Origin: Acidobacteriota bacterium
GTDB lineage: Bacteria; Acidobacteriota; Vicinamibacteria; Vicinamibacterales; CAVVIG01
Length of the DNA stretch: 64,000 nucleotides
Direction of reading: 5' to 3'
Assembly (NCBI GenBank): GCA_043743165.1
Contig: JAYTXA010000017.1
Coordinates: 22,512 to 86,511 of the forward strand
Position numbers and translations under genes: made by a program. The notes under the pieces are model-generated. The model had not been told where the DNA came from. It searched no databases and was given only the letters and a program-made list of their open reading frames with translations. This document shows, one piece after another, positions 35,501 through 48,939 of this stretch. The stretch's first letter is position 1, and the number at the start of each line of letters is the position of its first letter.

Positions 35501-36714
35501 TGCGTGCTTCCGTTCGCGCCTCCGCGCTTGCGCTCCTGCTGGCACTGACCGTCAGCGTGCTCACGCTCGCGACGGCACAACAGGGCGGCCCCCGCGAGAC
35601 CCCGGTTCCAGCCGCGCCAACCGCGCCCTCGCCAACCACGCCGGAGTCGCCTGTCGTCATCAGCTCGCCGTCGGCCAGCGCCTACACCAGCGGTGTCACG
35701 CCGCTTCGTGCCGCGATCGACGCGAGCGTGCCGGTGCAGAGCGTCACCTTCTTTGTCGATGGCCGGCAGTTCTGTTCCTTGAACGAGCCGCCGTTCGAAT
35801 GTGAGTGGGACGCGGGCTCGGTCATCAGCGCGCATCTGATCCGACTCGTGGTGCAGCCGGTCAGCGGTGACCGCGTCATCAGGACACTGCGCACCAAAGG
35901 CATCGGCTACGCGGACCGCGTGAACGTGGAGGCCATCCAGGTGACGGTGACCGTGGCGGACGACAGCGGCCGGTTTGTCAGCGCGCTGCCGCGCTCGGCG
36001 TTCACCGTGCACGAGGACGGCAAGCCGCAGCCCATCACCTACTTCGCCTCGAAGGACGTGCCGCTCGAGCTGATCGTCGCGGTCGACATCAGCGGCAGCA
36101 TGACCGCGTCGATGCCGAAGCTGAAGACGGCGGTAAGGGATTTCCTGGTCGCGGTGCCGTCGAAAGATCAGGTGACGCTGCTCGGTTTCAACGACAGCGT
36201 CTTCGCGCTGACCCGCAAGACCACCGAGCCATCGGAACGCGTGCGTGCGGTTGAGCGTCTCGCGCCGTGGGGCGCCACCGCGCTTTACGACGTCATCGTG
36301 CGCGCCGTGGACATGCTCGGCCGGCAGGTGGGGCGGAAGGCGCTGGTGGTGTTCTCGGACGGCGAGGACCAGGGCAGTCACGTCTCGCTCGACGACGTCG
36401 AGCGCAAGCTGCAGGCGAGCGACGTCACCCTCTACATGATCGCGCAGGGGCGCGGCATCAGCCAGGATTACCTGCGGAAGACGATGCAGCGACTGACCGT
36501 GCCGACAGGCGGCCGCACCTTCACCACTGACAGCGTCGATCAGCTGCATGTGGCGTTCGAGGAACTGCTCGACGAACTCTCGAATCAGTATTTGCTCGGC
36601 TACCAGCCCACGAACGGCGCGCGCGACGACACCTGGCGCGAAATCAAGGTGCAGGTGGACGGCTACCCGAACGTGCGTGCGCGACAGGGTTACAGGGCGG
36701 CCCCTTTCAAATGA
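35500..36714 (+). CDS. Ig-like + VWA domain protein (acidobacterial VWFA type)
   Basis: VTFFVDG Ig-like segment; DISGSM MIDAS; TALYD, FSDGED and QYLLGY motifs. Confidence 0.88.
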   Translation: MRASVRASALALLLALTVSVLTLATAQQGGPRETPVPAAPTAPSPTTPESPVVISSPSASAYTSGVTPLRAAIDASVPVQSVTFFVDGRQFCSLNEPPFECEWDAGSVISAHLIRLVVQPVSGDRVIRTLRTKGIGYADRVNVEAIQVTVTVADDSGRFVSALPRSAFTVHEDGKPQPITYFASKDVPLELIVAVDISGSMTASMPKLKTAVRDFLVAVPSKDQVTLLGFNDSVFALTRKTTEPSERVRAVERLAPWGATALYDVIVRAVDMLGRQVGRKALVVFSDGEDQGSHVSLDDVERKLQASDVTLYMIAQGRGISQDYLRKTMQRLTVPTGGRTFTTDSVDQLHVAFEELLDELSNQYLLGYQPTNGARDDTWREIKVQVDGYPNVRARQGYRAAPFK

Positions 36715-39401
36715 CCCCACGACGATGGGCAGCCGCGGTGCTGGCGGCGACGGCGATATCGGGAGTGGTGCTCCGTGCGCAGCAACCGCCACAGCCTGTC
36801 TTTCGCTCGTCGGTCGAGCTGACCTCGATCGACCTGTCGGTGCTCGATGCCAAGGGGCGGCCGATCCGCGACCTGAAGCCTGAGGAGTTCAGCATTCGTG
36901 TCGACGGTTCGCAGCGCCGCGTGATGACCGCGGAATGGGTGGGGCTCGAGACGAAGGAGTCGGCGCCACCTCCGCCCGCGCCGTCGGGCTATTCGTGGAA
37001 CGAGAACGCGACGGGAGGCCGCCTGATCCTCCTCGTGGTCGATCAGCCGAACATCCGGTTCGGTGGCACGCTTGGCATTCGCGGCGCCGTGAACGCGTTC
37101 ATCGATCACCTGCAACCGACCGATCGCGCGGCGGTGATCGGGCTGGGGCAGGGCGCGCCGTCCACGCCGTTCACGGCCGACCGGTCGCGGCTGAAGCGCG
37201 CCGTCGAGCGGCTGGTCGGGCAGCACCAGTCATCGCTGCTGTCGCAATTCACCATCTCCACCTTCGAGGCGCTCCAGATTTCCCGCGGCATCCCAGGGGT
37301 GCTCGAGGAGGTGATCGTCCGCGAGTGCTCCGGCATGGCCGGCCCGGGCTTCGAGGCCTGCGCATTGGAAGTGCAAAGTGAGGTGCAGGAGAAGGCGATG
37401 ACCGGCGCTGCCGCCGGCGAGAGCACCATTCGCGTGCTCCGCTCACTCCTCAACGCCCTGAAGACGATCGACGGACCGAAGACGATGATCTTCGTATCGG
37501 AGGGGTTCGTCATCGACGACCAGCGGTCCGCGGTGATCGAGCTCGGCGCCATCGCGGCGGCGTCGCGCACGAGCATCTACACGCTCAAGCTCGATGACCA
37601 GCTGTTCCAGTCGATGGCGTCGCAGCAGCGTAGCTCGCCGATGGCGACGATGGACGATCGGTACGTGCGCGCCGAGGGGCTCGAACTGTTGTCCAGCGCT
37701 TCACGCGGCGCCATGTTCAACATCGTCGGCACGGGCGCCACCGTCTTCGATCGCATCGAAGCCGAGCTGTCTGGCTACTACCTGCTCGGCGTGGAATCGA
37801 GCCCCGCCGACCGCGACGGCAAGACCCACTCCGTGCGCGTGGACGTGGCGAGAAAGGGGCTCACCGTCCGCTCACGCCGTGCGCTGGTCGGTAATCCTGA
37901 CGCGGGCGCGCCGAAGAGCGCGCGCGACCTGGTCACGGCTGCAGTGAACACGCCGCTGCCGATTGCGGCGCTGCCGCTGCGGGTGACGACGTTCTCGCTG
38001 CCGGAAGAGGAAGTGGGCAAGCTGGCCGTGCTCGTCCATGCTGACATCGGCACCGACTACGCCGCGCCGCGAATGGCCACAGTCGGCTATTCGATCACCG
38101 ATCGTGACGGGCGCATCGTCGACAGCCGCGTCGGCGAGGCTCGCCTGCCGCCAGTGATGAATGGTGTGCCGTCGGCGCTGCAGTTCACGGGGACGGTGAA
38201 CGTGCCGCCCGGCGAATACACGCTGAAGCTGGCCGTGAACGAAGGCGACCGCATCGGCACGGTCGAGCACGAGTTCCGCGCTGGCGTGATCGAGTCCGGT
38301 CCGCTCCGCCTCAGCGATCTGATGGTGGGTGGTCCGCTCAACGGCGCCGAGGATCTGCTGCAGCCCGCCGTTGGCTACACGGTGGTGTTCGGCACCGTGC
38401 AGGGCTATATCGAGGTGTTTGGCGAGGGTGCGGCGGCGCTGAAGACAACGTTCGAGCTGGCGCAGGCGGAAAGTGGTGAGGCATTGCTGACGCAGGCCGT
38501 GCAGGCGCGCACGGGCTCCGGCGGTACCCACGCGGTCTTCTCGCAGGCACTGCCCGTACGCCAGCTGCCACCAGGGAAGTACTACCTGCGGGCGCGGGTG
38601 TCGGGTGAGCGCGGCATGGTGCAGACCTACGCGCGCGCGTTCGAGGTGGCGGCCCCGGCCGTGCTGATGACGTCGGCGGACAGCGGCGCGGTGCTCTCAA
38701 CCGCCGATGTGTTCCTGCCGGTGCTCGACACGATGATGTCGCGACGCTTCGATCGGGTCGCGGTGCTCGACGCCGACACGCGCAAGGCCTTCCGCGAACG
38801 CGTGGCGGTGCCGGCGCGTGCGGCCTTCGACACCGGGGCGTCGGCATTCTCATCCGGTGATCTGGTGCAGGCCGAGGCGAGCCTCAAGTCGGCGCTCGAC
38901 ACAGACAGTGAGAACGCCTCCGTGCTGGCCTACCTCGCGGCGGTGTTTGCGGCGGCCGGACGCGACGACCAGGCGACCGGGGCGTGGCAGACGTCGCTCA
39001 TCGACGGCTCCGACTTTCCGGAGATCTACGAGTGGCTTGCGGACGCGCTCATGCGCGAACGACGCATGGCGGAGGCGCGCAGCGTGCTGGAAGAGGCGAT
39101 GGCCAAATGGCCGGCCGACCTCCGCTTCGTCAGGCCGATGGCGCTCATTTCCGCCACGTTCGGCCAGGGGCAGCTTGCGGTGCAACTGCTGGCGCGGCAT
39201 CTCGAGGCGAACCCCGGCGACGTGGACTCGTTGCAACTCGGCGTCGAGTGGGTGTATCACCTGAAGCTTGCCCGCGCGGCGGCCCGGTCGCCGGTGGAGG
39301 ACGTGAAGCTGGCTCGCACGTGGGCCGATGCGTACATCACGGCGAAAGGGCCGCAGCAGCCGCTCGTTCGCCGGTGGATGGACTTCCTCGAAAAGAAGTA
39401 G
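36711..39401 (+). CDS. VWA domain protein with C-terminal TPR repeats (acidobacterial VWFA type)
   Basis: FRSSVEL..D..V.D..G.PI.DL..E.F motif; KTMIFVSEGF; YYLLG; TPR-like helices. Confidence 0.85.
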   Translation: MTPRRWAAAVLAATAISGVVLRAQQPPQPVFRSSVELTSIDLSVLDAKGRPIRDLKPEEFSIRVDGSQRRVMTAEWVGLETKESAPPPPAPSGYSWNENATGGRLILLVVDQPNIRFGGTLGIRGAVNAFIDHLQPTDRAAVIGLGQGAPSTPFTADRSRLKRAVERLVGQHQSSLLSQFTISTFEALQISRGIPGVLEEVIVRECSGMAGPGFEACALEVQSEVQEKAMTGAAAGESTIRVLRSLLNALKTIDGPKTMIFVSEGFVIDDQRSAVIELGAIAAASRTSIYTLKLDDQLFQSMASQQRSSPMATMDDRYVRAEGLELLSSASRGAMFNIVGTGATVFDRIEAELSGYYLLGVESSPADRDGKTHSVRVDVARKGLTVRSRRALVGNPDAGAPKSARDLVTAAVNTPLPIAALPLRVTTFSLPEEEVGKLAVLVHADIGTDYAAPRMATVGYSITDRDGRIVDSRVGEARLPPVMNGVPSALQFTGTVNVPPGEYTLKLAVNEGDRIGTVEHEFRAGVIESGPLRLSDLMVGGPLNGAEDLLQPAVGYTVVFGTVQGYIEVFGEGAAALKTTFELAQAESGEALLTQAVQARTGSGGTHAVFSQALPVRQLPPGKYYLRARVSGERGMVQTYARAFEVAAPAVLMTSADSGAVLSTADVFLPVLDTMMSRRFDRVAVLDADTRKAFRERVAVPARAAFDTGASAFSSGDLVQAEASLKSALDTDSENASVLAYLAAVFAAAGRDDQATGAWQTSLIDGSDFPEIYEWLADALMRERRMAEARSVLEEAMAKWPADLRFVRPMALISATFGQGQLAVQLLARHLEANPGDVDSLQLGVEWVYHLKLARAAARSPVEDVKLARTWADAYITAKGPQQPLVRRWMDFLEKK

Positions 39402-39495
39402 GGAAGGGTCGGGCCGGTCAGGAGGGTCGCGTGCGCTGCACCTCGACGCGGTGCGCGCTGTGCGCTTCAAGATGAAGGGTGGCATGGCACCGTGG

Positions 39496-40284
39496 TCAGG
39501 CAACCGTAACGTGGCGGGCCGAGGGGACTCGCCAGCAGAAGGCTGCCAGCGGGAAGTAGACGACGAGAACGCCGTCTTCGAGGCTCGCGCTGAAACCGAG
39601 CGCATCGACACCCACGTCGTCGCGCAGCAACTGCTCGAGCGATGCGCGTGCTTCCGCTTCAGGGAAGGCGTGAGACAGCAGCGCGGTGGCTTCCATCCGC
39701 AGGCTGAAGCGTTCCACTGTCGCCGGGCCCAGACCCAGCGCCTCGCCCATCGCCATCCATTCTTCCAGCGTCAATGCCGTGGTGTGCGACGGGTCGCGCC
39801 GTTGCTCGAACCGGTCGTAGGCGCTGCGATGCCTGCCCAGCGGCACGGCATCGAGCGCAACCACGCGTCCGCCCGCCCGAGTCACTCGAACCATCTCGCT
39901 CAATGCGGCGATGGGCCGGTCGAGATGATGCACCGTGTAGCGGGTGACGGCCCCGTCGAACGTGGCATCTCCGAACGGCAGCGCGGACATGTCCGCCACT
40001 TGGAACGCCACGTTGCCGAGTCCGTCGGCGGCCGCGCGCTGTTCACCGAGGGCAATCATGGCTGGCGTGAGGTCGACGCCGTCGACGTGCGCCACCTGTC
40101 GCGCCAGCGCCGTGCTTACGATCCCAGGGCCGCACCCCGAGTCGAGGAGCCTGTCGCCCGGCAAGAAGCCGCCCAGTTCCGAGAACACCGCCACCGACTT
40201 GTAGTCGGCGTGTGCGGGGCATCGGGCGAACGCGTCGGACTGGAGGGAGAACTGGCGGACCACGGTCTCGTTGTGAGAAGTCAT
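39496..40284 (-). CDS. Class I SAM-dependent methyltransferase
   Basis: LDSGCGPG, GVDLTPAM, LPFGDATFD and RDPSH motifs. Confidence 0.9.
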   Translation of the reverse strand: MTSHNETVVRQFSLQSDAFARCPAHADYKSVAVFSELGGFLPGDRLLDSGCGPGIVSTALARQVAHVDGVDLTPAMIALGEQRAAADGLGNVAFQVADMSALPFGDATFDGAVTRYTVHHLDRPIAALSEMVRVTRAGGRVVALDAVPLGRHRSAYDRFEQRRDPSHTTALTLEEWMAMGEALGLGPATVERFSLRMEATALLSHAFPEAEARASLEQLLRDDVGVDALGFSASLEDGVLVVYFPLAAFCWRVPSARHVTVA

Positions 40285-40325
40285 GCCGCCATTGTGGCCA
40301 GGCGGCGCCTTGTGCGTCTCACGAC

Positions 40326-40355
40326 AATCGGCCATAGTCTGTGGCGAATCGGCCA
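40326..40355. promoter_or_regulatory. Direct repeat AATCGGCCA x2 (21-bp period), candidate AraC-family binding site
   Basis: Copies at 40326..40334 and 40347..40355 between the divergent methyltransferase and AraC genes. Confidence 0.5.
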
Positions 40356-41174
40356 GTGCCCACACACCTCTCGGCGCAGCAGACCCGCGCTGCAATTGCC
40401 AGCCTTCGCATCGAGCGCCCACTGCTCACGGCATTCGCGTTGTCGGACGGGGCGCGTCATCTCCGCTATGCGATGCACGCCCACACCAGGCACCAGCTCA
40501 TCCTCGCGACGGTCGGTTCGTTCTGGGTAGAGTCGCGTGAACGCCTGCACATGTGCGATGGGTCCGTCGGCGTATGGATTCCAGCACGCTGCCGACACTC
40601 GACGACGATACAGGCGCATGCGGCGGTCTCGCTGTTCTTCTCGCCGGGCCGTTATCCCTCACCTGTCCGGACGGCCGTCGCTGTCACCTCGACGCCGCTG
40701 CTTCGGGAAATGGCGGTCGTCGCCGGGCAGGACGAGGACCACGTGCCTCGACGGGTCAGGCGGCAGTTCTTCGATGTGCTCTTTGCCCTCGCTATGGACG
40801 GTTGCCGGCCAGATGCCTCGCCCGTGCTCCGGAGTCCGGCGGACCCGGCGCTTGTCGCGGCTGTACAACACCTCCTGGCGCATCTGGCGTCGTCCTCGGT
40901 GCGCGACCTCGCCAGGGCCGCGGCGTTGAGCGAACGGACGCTGCGTCGCCGCTTCATCGCGGAGCTTCATCTGACGCCGGAGCAGTACATGCAGCGTGCC
41001 CGGCTGATCCGGGCGGCGCAGGTGCTGGTGAGCGAGCCGCAGGCCCGGATGACGGAGGTGGCCGACCGCGTCGGCTACTCGAACCAAAGCGCTTTCGCCG
41101 CGGCGTTCAGAAAAGTGTTTGGGATGTCGCCTGGGGCAGTGCGACGGCAGGGCGGAGGCCGAGAGGGCCAGTAG
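40341..41174 (+). CDS. AraC family transcriptional regulator with cupin sensor domain
   Basis: HAHTRHQL..GVWIP; LSERTLRRRF; VGYSNQSAFAAAFRKVFGMSP. Confidence 0.9.
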   Translation: MANRPVPTHLSAQQTRAAIASLRIERPLLTAFALSDGARHLRYAMHAHTRHQLILATVGSFWVESRERLHMCDGSVGVWIPARCRHSTTIQAHAAVSLFFSPGRYPSPVRTAVAVTSTPLLREMAVVAGQDEDHVPRRVRRQFFDVLFALAMDGCRPDASPVLRSPADPALVAAVQHLLAHLASSSVRDLARAAALSERTLRRRFIAELHLTPEQYMQRARLIRAAQVLVSEPQARMTEVADRVGYSNQSAFAAAFRKVFGMSPGAVRRQGGGREGQ

Positions 41175-41183
41175 TGCGATGGG

Positions 41184-41283
41184 GCGGTGGCTGGTCGGGC
41201 AGGGCAGGCAGGTCAGGCCGGTAAGGCAGGTTGGACTCAATCAGCCCACCCGGGCCACCTGCCCCTCCCGCCTTACCTGCCCT
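41184..41283. repeat. Inverted array of degenerate 9-mers (GGTCAGGCA-like)
   Basis: GGTCGGGCA GGGCAGGCA GGTCAGGCC GGTAAGGCA followed by complementary units (...GCCTTACCTGCCC) between convergent genes. Confidence 0.7.
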
Positions 41284-41288
41284 GAGGA

Positions 41289-42878
41289 CTACCGGTTCCC
41301 GAAGTCGTCGTCGCCTTTGTTGACCGGCTTGCGTGACCGCGGCGCAGCCTTCTTGGCTGCGGCCGGCTTCTTGGCCGCCACCTTCTTCGCGCCGCCACCA
41401 CCGGAGCGGCTGCGTGCGGGGGCCGGAGCAGCCGGGGCGGCAGCGACGCTGCCTGTGCTGCCTGTGCGGCCGGCGCGAGCCCGCGGTGCACGCGGCTTGG
41501 CGCGACCGAGCAGTTCGGCCGTCGTGTCGACCACCGACACCGGTTCGATCTCGATGACGTCCGGCTCGCTGCCGTCCGCGTCCATCAACACCGGCTGCAT
41601 GTCGTCGACGAGTTCCGCCAGCAGTGCGTTCGGGTCGGCGACGTTGCCGTTGGCTTCCTCGGGTTCGGGCTGCGGCGCGTTTGCCGGCCGCGCCATATTC
41701 GTCCCCTGGAAGACGCGCAGGCCGCCGCGGCGGTCACGCTCGATGCGCACCAGTCCGTCGCGCTGGCAGGCCTTGAGCAGGTCCATCAGCCCGCCGAATC
41801 CGTAGCGGCGCTCGTCGAGGCCGCCGGCGCGGAGAATCTGCTTCACATTGCGCAGATACATCGGCCAGCGGGCGCCGGTCGCGGCGCCCAGCAACTGCGC
41901 TGCGGCGCGAACACCGTCGGCGTTCTCGCCCAGCTTCGAGACCGGCTCGGCACCGGGAGCGGCCGGGGCCGCCTCGGCCTGCGCCGGCTGCGCCGGTTCG
42001 CCGGCCGGGCGGAAGGCCACGACGTTGTCCGGCGTGTCGACCGCCTGCGGCGCGTCGCCTTCGAGGCGCGGCTTCGGCCCGTCGCCCTCGTCGGTGAAGG
42101 CCGGGTTCAGTTCCACCATCACGCTGCGTCCCGAGTGCTTCAGCAGGACGAGCCCGGCCTGCGACAGCTTCTCGACGAAGTCGAGGAACGACGAGGCGCC
42201 GTAGCTGCGCTCGGAGAAGGTGGAGTCGAGCTGCAGCAGCGTGCTCTTGAGGAGGCCCGTCTGCGGCGACACTTCGCGGTCGGCGAGGATCTTGAGCGCG
42301 CGGCGGACGATCGGAATCGCCTGCGCCATGGGGAACGCCTGGGTGCTGTTCTGCTGAGCCTGGGTCGGCTTGTCGCCCGAGCGCGGTGGGCGCGAGGACG
42401 AGGGACGGCGAATCAGGTTCTCGTAGGCGATGAATTCGTGGCAGTTCCGCTGAAGGATGACGCTCGTGAACGAGCGGCCGCCCACGACGAACACCTTCTT
42501 GTCGTACTGCTTCAGCTTTTCGACCAGGGAGAGGAAGTCGCTGTCGCCGCCCACGATGACGTAGGCGTTGATATGCGGGTGGGTGAACGCCATTTCGAGG
42601 GCGTCCAGCGCAAGGTTGATGTCCGCGCCGTTCTTGTCGCCGCCCGGGGTGAGGTTCCTCTGCACCAGCCGGATGGCGTGCTGCGTGAGCGCACGGCTGT
42701 ATTCGCCGGCGCGGGTCCAGTCGGCGTAGGCAATCTTCGTCACGACCTCGCCGCGCTCCTTGAGCGCCTCGAGAATGATGCCGATGTCGAAGTGCTCGCC
42801 AAGGGTGGTCTTGACACCGATTTCGATGTTGTCGAAGTCGATGAAGACCGCAATGTTGGTGCGTTCCTGATGGGACAA
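41289..42878 (-). CDS. NYN domain (LabA/DUF88) protein with OST-HTH/LOTUS domains
   Basis: FIDFDN, KNGADINL and GGDSDF acidic motifs; FSERSYGASSF and LDERRYGFGGL LOTUS-like motifs. Confidence 0.88.
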   Translation of the reverse strand: MSHQERTNIAVFIDFDNIEIGVKTTLGEHFDIGIILEALKERGEVVTKIAYADWTRAGEYSRALTQHAIRLVQRNLTPGGDKNGADINLALDALEMAFTHPHINAYVIVGGDSDFLSLVEKLKQYDKKVFVVGGRSFTSVILQRNCHEFIAYENLIRRPSSSRPPRSGDKPTQAQQNSTQAFPMAQAIPIVRRALKILADREVSPQTGLLKSTLLQLDSTFSERSYGASSFLDFVEKLSQAGLVLLKHSGRSVMVELNPAFTDEGDGPKPRLEGDAPQAVDTPDNVVAFRPAGEPAQPAQAEAAPAAPGAEPVSKLGENADGVRAAAQLLGAATGARWPMYLRNVKQILRAGGLDERRYGFGGLMDLLKACQRDGLVRIERDRRGGLRVFQGTNMARPANAPQPEPEEANGNVADPNALLAELVDDMQPVLMDADGSEPDVIEIEPVSVVDTTAELLGRAKPRAPRARAGRTGSTGSVAAAPAAPAPARSRSGGGGAKKVAAKKPAAAKKAAPRSRKPVNKGDDDFGNR

Positions 42879-43350
42879 AACGAATCCTTGTATTGGATGT
42901 GTGCTCCCGCGTGGCAGCAGGGTGCTGCGAGCCGGGGCCGACCGTCAGCCGCTGGAGTCCAGCGATCGTGCGCAGCGGTCGTAGCGCCGGGGCTCTCACC
43001 GGGGCTTCCCGATTCTACCCGAAGTTCGGGGCTGTCAAGGGTCGAGATCCGGGCCAGACGGGATCGACCCCATTTTCCGCACCGGGACCCACCGAGTGCG
43101 TAAGCTACACGGCCTCCGGTGTAAGAAATGCACGGTATGGCACCGCCCCACCCGGGAATGCGCAAAAGGCCCAGCAATTCGACCTGGCGATCCTGACGAG
43201 CCGTGGGCACGGCGCTCGCTACGGAGAGGCCAGCGGCGGGGCACGACAACCACCGCGCGGCCGCCACGTCACCTTCGTGGCCAACAGCGCCATGGCCATG
43301 ATTGCCCGGCACAACGCGCAGGTGCTGGCAAGGCTCGAGGGCCGGTAGCA

Positions 43351-43434
43351 CAGGCGCTACGTACGACTTCCTCTTCGGCACGTTCTGTCTGGGTAGGCGA
43401 ACGTGGCGCCCCGGGAAATCGTACGTAGCGCCAG
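43351..43434. repeat. 21-bp inverted repeat (14-bp exact core) with 42-bp spacer, REP-derived
   Basis: GGCGCTACGTACGA (43353..43366) and TCGTACGTAGCGCC (43419..43432). Confidence 0.7.
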
Positions 43435-43436
43435 TC

Positions 43437-45842
<2,406 letters not shown>

Positions 45843-45907
45843 AGCCGGTCATTGTACCAGCCGGGTCGCGGACGCTTTGACCCGATCGTGCCGACGGACT
45901 ACGCTAA

Positions 45908-47002
<1,095 letters not shown>

Positions 47003-47020
47003 CTATCGACGAAGGTCTCA

Positions 47021-47078
47021 CGTAGTGCCCGGCTTCAGCCGGGCCGATGTGCGGCCCACCTGAAGGTGGGCACTACGT
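47021..47078. repeat. Inverted pair of GTAG-type REPs (REPIN/BIME-like)
   Basis: GTAGTGCCCGGCTTCAGCCGGGC ... GCCCACCTGAAGGTGGGCACTAC between convergent genes. Confidence 0.8.
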
Positions 47079-47107
47079 ACGGCCCGCCCGACCTGCCCGA
47101 CCCGCCT

Positions 47108-47872
47108 TCACCCGCCCCCGAGCCGTGCGGTCAGTCGTGCATGGCCGCTGCGGCTGACCGGCACGCGGTCGCCGGTGGTTAGTAGCGCGATGCGGTTCTC
47201 GCGGTCATCGAGCTCAACGCGTGTCAGTCGATCGAGATTGATGACATACGAGCGATGGACGCGGACGAACCGCGTCGGATCGAGCGAGGCTTCGACCTCG
47301 GCGAGCGTCTGTTCCTTGAGGTAGTGGCGGCCCCGCGCCGCATAGGACACGTAATCGTCCTGCGCCTGGATGAAGTCGATCTGATCGATCGGGATCACGT
47401 CCACCCGGGCTCCGTCCCGCACGAGCACGCGGCTCGTCGTGCCCGGTGCCGGCCTGACGGCAGCGCTGAGTCCGGCGAGCGGCGACGGGTCGCGACGTGC
47501 ACGCCGCTCGCGCGCCCGTTCGACGGCCGCGGCCAGCCGCTCGGCGCTGAAGGGCTTCATCAAGTAGTCGACGGCGTGCACCTCGAACGCCTGCAGGGCG
47601 TAGGCGTCGTGCGCGGTGGTGAAGATGACCGCCACCTCCCGGCCAACCAGTTCCAGCACCTCGAAGCCGTTCAACTTCGGCATCTGCACGTCGAGCAGCA
47701 GCAGGTCGGGCGCGAGTTCGGTCACCGCCTTCACCGCCTCGAATCCGTTGGCGCACTCCGCGACGACCTCGATACCGGCGAGGCTGCCCAGGTACTCGCG
47801 CAGCACGCGGCGCGCCAGTTCCTCGTCATCCACAATCGCCACGCGCAGTGGGGCGTCATCATGATGGGCCAC
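47108..47872 (-). CDS. LytTR family response regulator
   Basis: IVDDEELAR, LDVQMP, FVRVHRSYVIN and VPVSR motifs; start GTG 47872 is an estimate. Confidence 0.93.
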   Translation of the reverse strand: MAHHDDAPLRVAIVDDEELARRVLREYLGSLAGIEVVAECANGFEAVKAVTELAPDLLLLDVQMPKLNGFEVLELVGREVAVIFTTAHDAYALQAFEVHAVDYLMKPFSAERLAAAVERARERRARRDPSPLAGLSAAVRPAPGTTSRVLVRDGARVDVIPIDQIDFIQAQDDYVSYAARGRHYLKEQTLAEVEASLDPTRFVRVHRSYVINLDRLTRVELDDRENRIALLTTGDRVPVSRSGHARLTARLGGG

Positions 47873-47880
47873 GGTGGGTG

Positions 47881-48939
47881 CTACTCCTCTTCGGCGGGCA
47901 GGTTGAGATCGACGCAAAAGGTGCCCGCGTCGGCGACGGCGTCGAACCTGGAGCGCTCGCCGAAGGCGGTCTGCAGGCGACGGGTGACGTTCTCGAGCCC
48001 GACTCCAACATGGCGCTTCGGTGCCACCTCGGGATCCCGCGGGTTCTCGACCCGAATCAGCAGCCGCCCGTCACGGCGCGCCAGCGCCAATCGGACGGTA
48101 CCGCCGTCCAGCAACCCCGCGATGCCGTGCACCAGCGCATTCTCGAGCAGCGGCTGGAGAATGAGCGGCGGCACCCGGCAGGGCAGCGCCTCGGCGTCGA
48201 CGTCGCGGTCGAGCACGAGGCGATTGCCGAAACGGATCTGCTCGATGGCCAGGTAGGCGTCCACCAGGGCCAGCTCCTGCGACACCGTTACGCGATCGAG
48301 CGCGCTCACCTTCAGCGTGCTGCGCAGGAAGTCGCCGAGCAGCACGCACATCCGTCGTGCGCCAGGCGGATCAATCGAGGTCAGCGCGCTGATCGAGTTG
48401 AGGCTGTTGTAGAGAAAGTGCGGATTCAGCTGGGCTCGCAAGGCGCGCAGCTCGGCGTCGCGCCTGAGCACCTGGAACTGCAGACGCTGCGCGTCGGCAG
48501 CGCGTGCCGCATCGTAGGCGAATGCCACGTGGCAGACCGCCAGCGCCAGCAGGTACACCACCACCGCTACGGAGAAGAGCAAGGGCTCGAGTCCGGCGAC
48601 GCCGGCGAAGGACTGCGCGGGTGACAGGAACTCGAGCAGTGCGCGCCAGCTGCGTGCGAGTGCGTACCAGAGCGCTCCGGCAGACAGCGCCGCGGCGATC
48701 GACGCCGTGGTCACGGCCACCGCACCGGCGGCGGTGAGCGGCACGGCGCGGCAGACGTACCACGCCGAGAGGCAGACGAACGCGTAGCCGATGGACGGAG
48801 GGATTACCAGCACGAGGGCGTCGGGAGTGCCGAGCCCTTGGCGCGTCAGCGACAGCGACAGCGACAGCAGGAGGGCGGCTGCCACCCAGGCCGCCAGGTA
48901 CCACGCGATCCGCTCGAGGCGGGAGAGGAGCGGGTGCAT
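47881..48939 (-). CDS. LytS/AlgZ-type sensor histidine kinase
   Basis: TM N-terminus; LRAQLNPHFLYNSLN, LQPLLENALVHG and GVGLENV motifs. Confidence 0.93.
   Translation of the reverse strand: MHPLLSRLERIAWYLAAWVAAALLLSLSLSLTRQGLGTPDALVLVIPPSIGYAFVCLSAWYVCRAVPLTAAGAVAVTTASIAAALSAGALWYALARSWRALLEFLSPAQSFAGVAGLEPLLFSVAVVVYLLALAVCHVAFAYDAARAADAQRLQFQVLRRDAELRALRAQLNPHFLYNSLNSISALTSIDPPGARRMCVLLGDFLRSTLKVSALDRVTVSQELALVDAYLAIEQIRFGNRLVLDRDVDAEALPCRVPPLILQPLLENALVHGIAGLLDGGTVRLALARRDGRLLIRVENPRDPEVAPKRHVGVGLENVTRRLQTAFGERSRFDAVADAGTFCVDLNLPAEEE

Noticed and set aside
42893-43428. Short ORFs in the gap between the NYN and topoisomerase A genes
   Set aside because: No motifs, atypical composition, and they overlap repeat elements; not supportable as genes.
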